Positions 28,633 through 37,314 of a stretch of DNA of 64,000 bases are shown in pieces. The position numbers and the translations under genes were made by a program. Each line of letters begins with the position of its first letter. The stretch's first letter is position 1. Under the pieces are notes generated by a model that had not been told where the DNA came from, searched no databases, and was given only the letters and a program-made list of their open reading frames with translations. The stretch is from Nitrospirota bacterium (GTDB taxonomy: Bacteria; Nitrospirota; Thermodesulfovibrionia; Thermodesulfovibrionales; UBA9159). Where the stretch lies: the NCBI GenBank assembly GCA_963699545.1, contig CAVOUE010000006.1, forward strand, positions 128,001 through 192,000. The letters are read 5' to 3'.

Positions 28633-30293
28633 ATGAGCCTCTCCTGAGAACGTAATTGCCTCCCCAGAAGTTCCCGCGCGTGCTTGAGGGAAATGTCCGT
28701 CACCTTTCCGCTGAGCATACGTGCGATCTCCTCTTCCCGCTCCTTCGGGGAAAGCTTTGTTAGTTTAACATATACTCCCTCTTTCCTTTCCCTTTTTTCA
28801 ATCATGATGTGATGGTCAGCCATTGCCGCGATCTGGGGAAGATGGGTGATGCAGAGCACCTGGTGCCGCTTCGCAAGGTTCTTGAGCCTCCTGCCCACGC
28901 TCTCGGCCGTTCTCCCACCGATACCGGCGTCCACCTCGTCAAAGATCAGGACAGGGATTCTGTCAACCTCCGCCAGCGTCCCTTTCAGCGCAAGCATGAT
29001 ACGGGAAAGCTCGCCGCCGGATGCGACCCTGCTCAGGGGCTTCGGCGGTTCCGTCGTGTTTGCGGTAAAAAGAAAATCCACGCTGTCCGTTCCAGTGGAG
29101 GACAGGGGAACGGGTTTTACCTCCACCACAAAATCAGCCTTCTCCATGGCCAGCTCTCCCAGGACCGCCTTTACACTGCCGGCGATCTTCTTAGCGACCT
29201 CTTTCCTGTTTGCGGAGAGCCGCGAGGCTCGTTCGTAAAGCATCTTCTCCTTCCCTGAAAGCTCATGCTCGAGTTCCCTCACGCGTTCGTCGGACAGGGT
29301 GAGTTTCTCCATCTCCGTCGCAGCCTCTTCCCTGTGCTTCAGGATCCCTTCTATCCCTTCGCCGTACTTTTTCTCCAGTCTTTTTATGAGATCGAGCCTT
29401 TCCTCTATGCTTTCAAGCCGCTGGGGGTCAGCGTCATACCTGTCCTTATGCTGCCTCAGGGAGACCGCCGCGTCCTCCACCAGGGGCCGGGCCGATTCGA
29501 GGAGGTCGAGCGTCTCTGCGACCCCGTGATCGATCCTTGCTATCTCTTTGAGCATGGCAACAGCCGCAGAAAGCTTTTCCGAGGACGAACCTTCACCGCT
29601 GTAAAGGAGGAGATATGCGTTGTCCGTCAGTTCTTTCAGCCTGGCAAAATTCGCGAGGATCGCCCGCTCTTCGGTCAATGCCTCCTTTTCTCCCGTCTTC
29701 AGGGAAGCGGCGTCGATCTCGTTTATCTGAAACTTCAGCAGATCGATCCGCTGCTCCTTCTCCCTGAGGTTCGACGTAAGCGTGGACAGTTCGTGCCTGA
29801 GGGACTGGACCTTGTGAAACATCCCCTCCAGTTCCGCACGCTCTTCCAGAAGTTTTCCGTACGCGTCGAGCATTGTCCTTTGGTTATCGGAGGAAAGGAG
29901 ACTCTGGTGTTCATGCTGCCCGTGAATATCCACCAGGGATCTTCCGATTTCGAGGAGCGTCTGGACATTCACCATGGTATCGTTGACATAGGCCCTGCTC
30001 TTTCCCCCTGCGGACAGGTTCCTTCTGAGGATGATGCCGTCCTCAGCGGGGATGCCGAGCCGCTCCAGATGCGGGCCTGCGGGAATATCGAAATAGGCCT
30101 CCACCATTGTCTCGCTCTTTCCCGTCCTGATGGCGTCCGTCTGCGCCCTCGCTCCCAGGGTGAGGCCAAGGGCGTCCACGATGATGGATTTGCCCGCTCC
30201 GGTCTCGCCTGTCAGGACATTGAATCCCGGCTCAAAATCCATGGTGAGGGTGTCGATAATAGCAAAATCCCTGATCCGCACCTGCCTCAGCAT
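28629..30293 (-). CDS. recN: DNA repair protein RecN
   Basis: LTGETGAGKSI, DIHGQHEHQ, ASGGELSR, FDEVDAGIGG, ITHLPQIA. Confidence 0.97.
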   Translation of the reverse strand: MLRQVRIRDFAIIDTLTMDFEPGFNVLTGETGAGKSIIVDALGLTLGARAQTDAIRTGKSETMVEAYFDIPAGPHLERLGIPAEDGIILRRNLSAGGKSRAYVNDTMVNVQTLLEIGRSLVDIHGQHEHQSLLSSDNQRTMLDAYGKLLEERAELEGMFHKVQSLRHELSTLTSNLREKEQRIDLLKFQINEIDAASLKTGEKEALTEERAILANFARLKELTDNAYLLLYSGEGSSSEKLSAAVAMLKEIARIDHGVAETLDLLESARPLVEDAAVSLRQHKDRYDADPQRLESIEERLDLIKRLEKKYGEGIEGILKHREEAATEMEKLTLSDERVRELEHELSGKEKMLYERASRLSANRKEVAKKIAGSVKAVLGELAMEKADFVVEVKPVPLSSTGTDSVDFLFTANTTEPPKPLSRVASGGELSRIMLALKGTLAEVDRIPVLIFDEVDAGIGGRTAESVGRRLKNLAKRHQVLCITHLPQIAAMADHHIMIEKRERKEGVYVKLTKLSPKEREEEIARMLSGKVTDISLKHARELLGRQLRSQERLI

Positions 30294-30432
30294 GCTACAA
30301 AAATACCACACAGGAACGGGTAAATTCCAACCCCTGGACTTTAAATCATGGCCCGGAGTGGAAAATCGGAGAGCACATTCCGCAAAGCTGCATCTGGCAC
30401 GATTTTTTCTTTAAGCATCCCAAATTTTGGGC

Positions 30433-30461
30433 TTGACAAAAGAGTTTCTTCTTGATACCTT
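30433..30461 (+). promoter_or_regulatory. Sigma70 promoter of HU gene
   Basis: TTGACA-17-TACCTT with extended -10 TG. Confidence 0.55.
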
Positions 30462-30510
30462 TATCTCAATACGGGCTTATCAAGCATTACCAAAGAAAGG
30501 GGGGACATAG

Positions 30511-30783
30511 ATGACGAAGGCGGAGCTTATTGACAAAATAGCTTCTGGCGCCGGGCTCAGCAAGGCGGATGCTTCCAAGGCACTTGATTCCACGCTGAAT
30601 GCTGTTAAGGCGTCATTGAAGAAGGGGCAGAAGGTGACACTGGTGGGATTTGGAACCTTCGCAGTTGTGAAGAGGAAGGCTCGAAAGGGGCGGAACCCGA
30701 GGACAGGCGCGGTGATAACCATTCCCGCTGCCAAGACTCCGAAGTTCACATCCGGCAAGGCACTCAAGGACGCAGTAAGATAA
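30511..30783 (+). CDS. hup: DNA-binding protein HU
   Basis: [32 protein letters not shown]. Confidence 0.96.
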   Translation: MTKAELIDKIASGAGLSKADASKALDSTLNAVKASLKKGQKVTLVGFGTFAVVKRKARKGRNPRTGAVITIPAAKTPKFTSGKALKDAVR

Positions 30784-30810
30784 TTCTTATTTTTTCCTCA
30801 ATGCAAGAAT

Positions 30811-30842
30811 AAAAAAAGGGACAGGAAACTGTCCTTTTTTTT
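30811..30842. terminator. Intrinsic terminator after hup
   Basis: A-tract, GGACAG/CTGTCC stem, T-tract. Confidence 0.8.
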
Positions 30843-30928
30843 ATTCTTTTTTTCTGCTATCCTGTGCTTATAGGGTTCTTTAGCCTTTGCAAAACGTCGT
30901 ATCCACAGAAGGGGAAAGGAGGGTTTCC

Positions 30929-31234
30929 ATGCTTGCGGTATTCAGTATCGTCCCGATCGGGGCCGGCAGCAGCATAGGCGATCAGCTGGCCAAAGTCCTC
31001 ACGCTCGTCGATGCCAGCGGACTGCCCTATAAGATCAATCCCATGGGCACGGTGGTCGAGGGGGAGTGGAATGAAGTGATGAGCCTCATCAGGAAATGCC
31101 ACAAGACCGTCATGAAAACGGAGGCACGGACAATGACCACCATTGCCATTGACGACAGAAAGGGGAGGCCCAACAGAATCGAGGAAAAGGTAAGGTCCAT
31201 CGAGAGGAGGATCGGGAAGTCACTGAAGAAATGA
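30929..31234 (+). CDS. MTH1187 family thiamine-binding protein
   Basis: FSIVPIG..SGLPYKINPMGTVVEGEW..IDDR..KVRSIE. Confidence 0.88.
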   Translation: MLAVFSIVPIGAGSSIGDQLAKVLTLVDASGLPYKINPMGTVVEGEWNEVMSLIRKCHKTVMKTEARTMTTIAIDDRKGRPNRIEEKVRSIERRIGKSLKK

Positions 31235-31252
31235 GAGCCTTTTGTTGAAGAC

Positions 31253-31540
31253 TCACTTCTTGAAGAGGTCGTTCAGCCTTTTCAGGGCATCCGCCTTTTC
31301 TTGTGCAGAGCCTGAGACCGGCCGCCTTTCACTGAAGACAAAGTAGTCGCAGAAGTTCGCCTTGTCCCTGGACCGCTGGAACTCTGCCTTTGGCTCGAGA
31401 CATTTATTATGGGCTGTTTCGGAGTAGAACCTGCAGTTCAGGCAGATGTGGAGGTCTCCCCGGCAATGGGGGCAGACGGCCTTCCTCGAAAAATATTTGT
31501 CGATATCCAGTTCCTTGTTGCATAATGCGCACTTCTTCAC
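31253..31540 (-). CDS. Small Cys-rich (putative Zn-binding) hypothetical protein
   Basis: CALC, CPHC, CLNC, ANFCDYF; preceded by GGGAGG. Confidence 0.75.
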   Translation of the reverse strand: MKKCALCNKELDIDKYFSRKAVCPHCRGDLHICLNCRFYSETAHNKCLEPKAEFQRSRDKANFCDYFVFSERRPVSGSAQEKADALKRLNDLFKK

Positions 31541-31722
31541 GACAACCTCCCTGTTAAGCCGGGGTCCGCAATTCTTTCACCCGAACCCTCGTGCCCTTGA
31601 CCCTTTTATTACTTTACCATATTGCAGGTTCGTGGAAATGGAGCGTGCACGGATCGTCCGGCTCCAGGGATATTGAGCTTTCATGGGGAAAGAAGGTAAA
31701 CTATCTCACTTCATATTTCGAT

Positions 31723-31797
31723 GCCGGCGTAGCTCAGTGGTAGAGCAGCTGATTCGTAATCAGCAGGTCGGTGGTTCAATCCCACTCGCCGGCTCCA
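31723..31797 (+). tRNA. tRNA-Thr(CGT)
   Basis: GCCGGCG/CGCCGGC acceptor stem, AGCTCAGTGGTAGAGC D-arm, CTGAT-TCGTAAT-CAG anticodon region, GTTCAATC T-loop, encoded CCA. Confidence 0.97.
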
Positions 31798-31896
31798 GTT
31801 TCTTCCTTTCGTCCTCCCTTGACACCTCAACTCACTCGAAGCCCTGTTCTGACTGTTTCTTGTCATGCGGACCCTACTAGCGTCGAATTGCACTTC

Positions 31897-31942
31897 TTGA
31901 CACTCCGATATGCATATGTTAATATGCCTTAAGTATATGCAT
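31897..31942 (+). promoter_or_regulatory. vapBC promoter with palindromic operators
   Basis: TTGACA-17-TAATAT; ATATGCATAT palindrome at 31908-31917 and a second ATATGCAT at 31935-31942. Confidence 0.65.
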
Positions 31943-31955
31943 TAAGGAGGCATCA

Positions 31956-32171
31956 ATGAGAACGACCCTGACCATAGATGAAGAACTGCTTGACGAGGCA
32001 AAGGCAGTGTCGGGAGCCAAAACAAAAAGAGAGACAATAGAGAAAGCCCTCAGGGAGTTCATCAGGAGGAAGAAAGCGATGAAGCTCCTCGACCTCGAGG
32101 GGAAGGTGGAGCTTTCTTATACGGTGGAAGATCTGCTCGAGAGGAGAAAAAGGGATGTTCCTCATCGATAG
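31956..32171 (+). CDS. vapB: VapB-like antitoxin (DUF2191 type)
   Basis: MRTTLTIDEELLDEA..TKRETIEKALRE; overlaps the PIN gene. Confidence 0.88.
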   Translation: MRTTLTIDEELLDEAKAVSGAKTKRETIEKALREFIRRKKAMKLLDLEGKVELSYTVEDLLERRKRDVPHR

Positions 32172-32544
32172 CTCTGCGTGGATTGAGTATCTGAGGCCGG
32201 GAGGATCGCAGAAGGTCAAGGAAAGAATCAGAGATGTCCTGCAAAAGGGAGAGGCCGCGTGTTGCGGCATAGTGGTTGTCGAGATACTCAGAGGTGCGAA
32301 AAGCGAGAAGGACTTCAACTCCCTTCGGGACTCCCTTCTGTCCCTGCCCCAGATACCGATAGATGACGCCGTAATTGAGAGGGCTTCGAAATGGGGATAC
32401 ATGCTTGACAGAAAGGGAAAAGTGACTTCGACCACAGACCTCCTTATTGCGTCGGCTGCATACAAAAAGGCCAGCCTTTTGCATCTCGACAGGGATTTTG
32501 AGATGATAGGGTCTTTGGTCGGCCTGGCGGGGGAAAGACTGTAA
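32155..32544 (+). CDS. vapC: VapC PIN-domain toxin
   Basis: LIDSSAWIEY, EILRG, DLLIAS, LHLDRDF (PIN acidic residues). Confidence 0.92.
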   Translation: MFLIDSSAWIEYLRPGGSQKVKERIRDVLQKGEAACCGIVVVEILRGAKSEKDFNSLRDSLLSLPQIPIDDAVIERASKWGYMLDRKGKVTSTTDLLIASAAYKKASLLHLDRDFEMIGSLVGLAGERL

Positions 32545-32568
32545 AGCCTTGTTGAGGAGGTTCAAGAA

Positions 32569-32934
32569 ATGAAGGTAAAGAAAGTGAAGATAGGGATAAA
32601 GAGCATTGGAGAGGCCCTTGAGGATGCAAAGGAGATCATGAAAAAGCTTGAGCGCGGAGAAAAGGTGAAGAAAGAGACCGGCGTCTACTTTACGAGCCTT
32701 GAGGCCTTCAGGAAAGCGGTGACACCGAAAAGGCTGGAATTGCTCCATATTGTCAAGACAAGGAACCCTTCTTCCATCAACGAGCTCGCCAGGATGGCGA
32801 AGCGGGACATCAAGAACGTGGCTGATGACGTGAAATACCTTGAGCAGATCGGGCTGATCGAGAAGAGAGAGATGAACCGGAAAACAAAACCCGTCATCAA
32901 CTATGACCGGATCGCCCTGGAGATAGCTGTATAG
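32569..32934 (+). CDS. Winged-HTH protein (HVO_A0114/COG4190-like putative antitoxin)
   Basis: TPKRLELL..PSSINELARMAKRDIKNVADDVKYLEQIGLI. Confidence 0.8.
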   Translation: MKVKKVKIGIKSIGEALEDAKEIMKKLERGEKVKKETGVYFTSLEAFRKAVTPKRLELLHIVKTRNPSSINELARMAKRDIKNVADDVKYLEQIGLIEKREMNRKTKPVINYDRIALEIAV

Positions 32935-32951
32935 ACGCTTTAAAGCTCCAG

Positions 32952-33179
32952 GATAAAGCTTGTGAAAGTGCTAAAGTTGAGGATGCGACGCCGAGGGACC
33001 TTCGGCATAAAGCTATTACGGACATGAAACGTGCCGGGTTTAACGATGCGTTTGTTGGAAATGTCGCCGGTCATAGTGATCCGAGGACAACGAAAAGATA
33101 TACTCATTTTTCAGTGGAAGAAACAAGGATGCCTTTGCAGGCGTTGGCTGGCAAAAACTTTCTTGAAGCGGGTGGCTGA
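32952..33179 (+). pseudogene. Tyrosine integrase C-terminal stub 1
   Basis: Manual translation KACESAKVEDATPRDLRHKAITDMKRAG..VAGHSDPRTTKRYTH..* (box II with catalytic Tyr); no start codon or N-terminal domain. Confidence 0.85.
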
Positions 33180-33182
33180 AAA

Positions 33183-33377
33183 ATGAAGGTGCGTGATATT
33201 ATTAAACTAGTAGAGGGAGATGGATGGTATATTGTCGTTACTAAAGGCAGCCATAGGCAATATAAACATCCTACGAAGCAAGGTAGAGTGACGATAGCCG
33301 GACATTCTAATGATGATCTGGCTCCGGGTACTCTCAATAGTGTTTTGAAACAGGCAAAGCTTAGGGAGGTAAAATAA
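33183..33377 (+). CDS. hicA: HicA toxin
   Basis: DGWY..KGSHRQYKHP..GTLNSVLKQA. Confidence 0.93.
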   Translation: MKVRDIIKLVEGDGWYIVVTKGSHRQYKHPTKQGRVTIAGHSNDDLAPGTLNSVLKQAKLREVK

Positions 33378-33378
33378 T

Positions 33379-33588
33379 ATGCATCGATTTCTTGTTGTGA
33401 TCGAAAAAGCAAATGGCAACTACTCTGCATATTCGCCGGATTTGCCGGGTTGTGTTGCAACCGGGGTGACTCGTGAAGAAGTGGAAAAGAATATGCACGA
33501 GGCTATTGAAATGCACGTGAAGGGCTTATTGGAAGACAAGCTTCCTATTCCCGAATCTCAATCTTTTGCGGAGTATGTGGAAGTTTAA
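33379..33588 (+). CDS. hicB: HicB antitoxin (short form)
   Basis: YSAYSPDLPGCVATG.T.EE..EAIEMH. Confidence 0.93.
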   Translation: MHRFLVVIEKANGNYSAYSPDLPGCVATGVTREEVEKNMHEAIEMHVKGLLEDKLPIPESQSFAEYVEV

Positions 33589-33732
33589 GCGGACATGAAA
33601 AAAACAGGGTTTAATGATGCATTTGTCGGCAATGTTGCGGGGCATAGTAATCCTCGAACAACAAAGAGGTATACACATTTCTCTGTAGAGGAAACAAGGA
33701 AGCCATTTCAAGCTTTGTGTCTTAAGAAATGA
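33589..33732 (+). pseudogene. Tyrosine integrase C-terminal stub 2
   Basis: ADMKKTGFNDAFVGNVAGHSNPRTTKRYTHFSVEETRKPFQAL..*; homologous to stub 1 with many synonymous differences. Confidence 0.85.
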
Positions 33733-33795
33733 GGGCAAAATGCCGCTGAGAGAAGAAATCCGGAATTCATGGCGACACTTCGCAAGGCTGGACAA

Positions 33796-34484
33796 ATGAA
33801 GCCACCTCGCTATTTGTATCGGTATATGTCGTTTAAGTACTTGGAGAGCATACTTGCGCATAAGACACTCTATTTTTGTGATTCAGCGGTTTTTAATGAT
33901 CCTTTCGATTGCAAGGCGACTTTCTCAGCGGACGGAGTTGGTGGAGCTATTGAGAAGAAACGTATAGCTTTCGAAGAAGTATTGAGAGATATGAGTGCTA
34001 AATGGGGAATATTATGCTTGAGTGAGATTCCTGATGATATCCTGATGTGGGCGCATTACAGCGACGGCCACCGAGGTGTTGTATTGAGGTTTTTGGGGGC
34101 GGGTCTTTCGGAACTCGGTTCTTGCAGAAATGTTCAATACCACGATAGTTTAGTAGATTATCGAGCTTTTGAGGACGCATGGAAGGAGCCGGGAAAGCAA
34201 TTCGAACAATTCGTGCTGAGAAAATCGTGGCATTGGGAATACGAAAGGGAATGGAGGGTTGTTGACAAAGGCGTTGGGTTCAAAAAGTTTGCTCCGGAAA
34301 TGCTTACGGCATCATTCTTGGCTGCCAGGCGAACTCCCGCCATACGGAGGAAGTACAAAAATATAGAGCGCAGTATGGCATAAACGTTGATGTGTTTAAA
34401 GCAAACAAATCGCGAAACCGGTATTGTGTGGAGATTGAATTATTGAAGGAGGGTGGTTCAACTTTTGCAGAAAGTGCTGCTTGA
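33796..34484 (+). CDS. DUF2971-domain protein (frameshift near 34308)
   Basis: LYRY, FNDPFDC, LMWAHYSDGHRG, KSWHWEYEREWR; the expected GIILGC tail continues in another frame to TGA at 34484. Confidence 0.8.
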
Positions 34485-34585
34485 TATTATTGGATTATTT
34501 TTATTATAAGATTTATTATTTAGGAGGCAGTCATTTTGGAACAAATGTGTTCTAATCAGGTGAATAAGTTCATTTCATTTTGTTC

Positions 34586-34631
34586 ATTCGTAATCAGCAG
34601 GTCGGGAGTTCGACCCTCCTCCCCGGCTCCA
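34586..34631 (+). repeat. Displaced 3' half of tRNA-Thr(CGT), att-like site
   Basis: ATTCGTAATCAGCAGGTCGG identical to the tRNA, then a variant T-arm and CCGGCTCCA. Confidence 0.9.
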
Positions 34632-34895
34632 TTAAAAAATCAAGCAGAAATCAATGCTGTGGAAAGCGGGCTATACCCTTTTCCACAGTACGATCCTCCA
34701 AATATCCAGAAGGAGAACAAGCAAATGAACAAGCGGCTGAACAGTTCCGAGGTTCTTTCAGCCCTGCCTGTGTCAACAGTGTTGGATATTTCGGTGGCTG
34801 CTTCTCGAATGCTTTCCCGTGTAACCTTTCTCTTGGTCTCAACGTCTAAGATTATAGAAGGGATAACTATCTAAGACAACGTAAGAGGAGGATTT

Positions 34896-35300
34896 ATGAG
34901 AAAGATCGTTGTAACGCTTATCGTTGTAAGTCTTCTATCCTTAACATCCGCAGCACCAGTGTTTGCCCACGGATGGGTCATTCCTGCGGCCATTATCGGT
35001 ACGGTAATCAATCTTGCAGCCACAGCAGCCGCAGCACCAGCGACATACGGTTATGCGCCTGGAACATACTACGCTCCTGGAGCGTACTATGCGCCAAGAG
35101 TATATGCAGCACCGACGGGATATTATGCGCCAAGAGCGTATGCAGCACCGACGAGATATTATGCGCCAAGAGCGTATGCAGCACCGACGAGATACTATGC
35201 GCCAAGAGCGTATGCAGCACCGACGAGATACTATGCGCCAAGAGCGTATGCAGCACCGACGAGATACTATGCGCGGAGAGGGTACTATCCCGTCAGATAA
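34896..35300 (+). CDS. Secreted Tyr/Ala/Pro-rich tandem-repeat protein
   Basis: GAGGAGG RBS, signal peptide ending VFA, five 12-aa YYAPRAYAAPTR-type units. Confidence 0.8.
   Translation: MRKIVVTLIVVSLLSLTSAAPVFAHGWVIPAAIIGTVINLAATAAAAPATYGYAPGTYYAPGAYYAPRVYAAPTGYYAPRAYAAPTRYYAPRAYAAPTRYYAPRAYAAPTRYYAPRAYAAPTRYYARRGYYPVR
35085..35274 (+). repeat. 36-bp coding tandem repeat, about 5.3 copies
   Basis: TAYTATGCGCCAAGAGCGTATGCAGCACCGACGAGA repeated head to tail with no spacers. Confidence 0.95.
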
Positions 35301-35395
35301 TTGGCTTTTATACAGATATGATTATTCAAAAACGTTGCGGAAATCATAGCAGCAGTATATATATATATATAAGAGAGAGAGAAGAGGCGAGAAAA

Positions 35396-36826
35396 ATGAA
35401 AACATCAGCTATCATCCTGAGCGTTTTCATGTTATTTTCGATGTCGACTGCAGTAAACGCGCTGGCTGAACAGAAAATCCCAGGGCCTCCGCTTGCGCAA
35501 TCGCTGGTCAGAGAGGGCACCTTGACGGTGAATCTCGCTAACGCCCTGAAAATAGGTTCGCCTACAAACGAGGCCGAAGCCGAGAGCGCCTTGACATCAG
35601 CCGGGATAGCGCCCCGAAACGGGTGGATTGGAGATTATCCGGTCACACCCGATGTGGTCATCGAGCTGCGTAATGCCGTAGGCAGTGCTGCAGACTCCAA
35701 ATGGCTGAGCATGAACAAACAGGAAGCCCTGAATGTCTTTGACAACGTCACGAAGGACTACGAATTGCCGGTTTCAGCCGCAAACGCGGGGCCGACAGTC
35801 AGCCCCGATACATCACCGGGCACGGATCCCCCTGACCCAACGGTTATAAACGACTATTACACCCAGGAAGGCCCGCCCGTAGTGACCTACTATGCGCCTC
35901 CGGCAGACTACTCTTATCTGTATAACTTTGTGCCCTATCCGTTCTGGTGGTTGAATGCCTGGTTCCCGGGATATTACATGCTGGCGGACTTCATTGTGCC
36001 GTTGTTTGGATACGGGTGCTGGCACCACGGCTACTGGGGCGGTTACGGGTACGGTTATTGGGGAGGCTATGGACGCTATGGTTACTGGGGCGGCTATGGT
36101 TATAACCATTGGAGGGGTTACGATCATGACGGACATCCTGGCGGCCATGGTGGTCATGGGGACGACCGGTATGCCGTCAGCAACCATTACCGTCATCCTG
36201 ACGGGGGTGCGTCCCATCGCATCGACCCTGCAAACAGGGCTCACGGCGGCTTCAGCGACGGAAACCGTGCAGGAGGACAGAGATGGGCAACCCCTGCCGC
36301 ACAGAGGAGCGCCGGCGCGATTTACAACCGGAGTTCTCATGTGAATACGGCAAGAGACAGTGTGAATATGCGCCAGCCCGTGAACAACAGGACAGGTTAC
36401 AACAGAGACTACAATCCTAACAGTGGAAGGTCGGTCAACGCTCCATCGAGGTCTTATTCGGCGAACAGATCCTTTAACAGCCGCACAAAGGCCTCTACCA
36501 GACGCGGCAAAACACGTATTCTCGGGCAGGATGGCGGTTACAACAGAGGCTACAATCTACAGGGAAGGTCGGTCAACGCTCCGTCGAGGCCTTATTCGGC
36601 GAACAGATCCTTTAACCAGCCTGCACAAAGGGCCTCCTACCAGACACGGCAAAGCATGTATTCCTCGGGTAGAGGAAGAGGTTATAACGCGTCTTTCGTA
36701 GCCAACAGGGGTCAGTCTGGTGTCGGCGGACGGAGTTTCTCCGGCGGACATGGTTCTTACGGGGGTTCCTTTAGCGGGAGAGGCTCCTTCAGTGGCGGTC
36801 GCCGGGGCCAGAGCGGAAGAATGTAA
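35396..36826 (+). CDS. Secreted protein with Gly/Tyr/His- and Arg/Gly/Ser-rich low-complexity tail
   Basis: Signal peptide MKTSAIILSVFML..ALA; GYWGGYG repeats; internal duplication of about 135 bp (36395-36526 and 36536-36669). Confidence 0.8.
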   Translation: MKTSAIILSVFMLFSMSTAVNALAEQKIPGPPLAQSLVREGTLTVNLANALKIGSPTNEAEAESALTSAGIAPRNGWIGDYPVTPDVVIELRNAVGSAADSKWLSMNKQEALNVFDNVTKDYELPVSAANAGPTVSPDTSPGTDPPDPTVINDYYTQEGPPVVTYYAPPADYSYLYNFVPYPFWWLNAWFPGYYMLADFIVPLFGYGCWHHGYWGGYGYGYWGGYGRYGYWGGYGYNHWRGYDHDGHPGGHGGHGDDRYAVSNHYRHPDGGASHRIDPANRAHGGFSDGNRAGGQRWATPAAQRSAGAIYNRSSHVNTARDSVNMRQPVNNRTGYNRDYNPNSGRSVNAPSRSYSANRSFNSRTKASTRRGKTRILGQDGGYNRGYNLQGRSVNAPSRPYSANRSFNQPAQRASYQTRQSMYSSGRGRGYNASFVANRGQSGVGGRSFSGGHGSYGGSFSGRGSFSGGRRGQSGRM

Positions 36827-37149
36827 GTGAGCTGCTTTTCCTGAATTGCTCGGCAGCCATAATCCACGGCTGCCGGGCAAAAAAGAAGATTAATGCCCAT
36901 CTCGCGAGGCATGAACAGAAGAAGGAAGAAGAAACCTCGCTGAAAACAGGCTCTCCCGACTCACCATTTCTTCCTGAAATGCTGATTTTGGCTCTTGTAT
37001 TAGCCACTCAAGACTTGATAGCGAAATCGATAGAACAAATGCAGCTGTCAATCCTGAGCGTCAAGATGTGATTATGGGCTTGCCACGTTAAGGGAAATAG
37101 ACGTTGACGGGTCGAGATTTGACTGTTACTATGTAGACATAAATAAGCG

Positions 37150-37233
37150 ATCCCGACAAGACTAAACCCTTCGATAGGAGGGGACAGAAAGCGGCGGGTC
37201 TTTAGGGCGAAGATGGCCGAGCTACCGAAGGAT
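37150..37233 (+). ncRNA. GEMM-I cyclic-dinucleotide riboswitch, likely the cGAMP-selective GEMM-Ib type
   Basis: CGACAAGACTAAACC..GGGGACAGAAAGC..GGGTCT..AGATGGCCGAGCTACCGAA; P1 ATCC/GGAT; A at the G20-equivalent position (37161); downstream gene on the same strand. Confidence 0.8.
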
Positions 37234-37314
37234 AAGATTGAGGTATGTTCGGCCATACTTTTTGGGCAAGATGATGTAAAGGCACTAAGGAGGTGCACTA
37301 TGGAATAAAGTGGA

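Noticed and set aside
30394-30410. Sigma54 promoter TGGCACGATTTTTTCT upstream of hup
   Set aside because: The -24 box is perfect but the -12 GC is missing, and a good sigma70 promoter lies closer to the gene
34586-34631. Second functional tRNA-Thr
   Set aside because: No 5' acceptor strand or D-arm upstream; only the 3' half is present
35085-35274. 36-bp repeats as a CRISPR array
   Set aside because: Units are contiguous with no unique spacers, lie in frame within a signal-peptide-bearing ORF, and no cas genes are nearby
34973-35395. N-terminal extension of the 617-aa ORF with Cys-rich ILCAKSVCSTDE repeats
   Set aside because: Alternative-frame reading of the 36-bp repeat; the credible start is ATG 35396 with a signal peptide
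36852-36882. Hairpin after the low-complexity gene as an intrinsic terminator
   Set aside because: The stem is followed by an A-run on the plus strand and lacks a downstream U-tract in either direction
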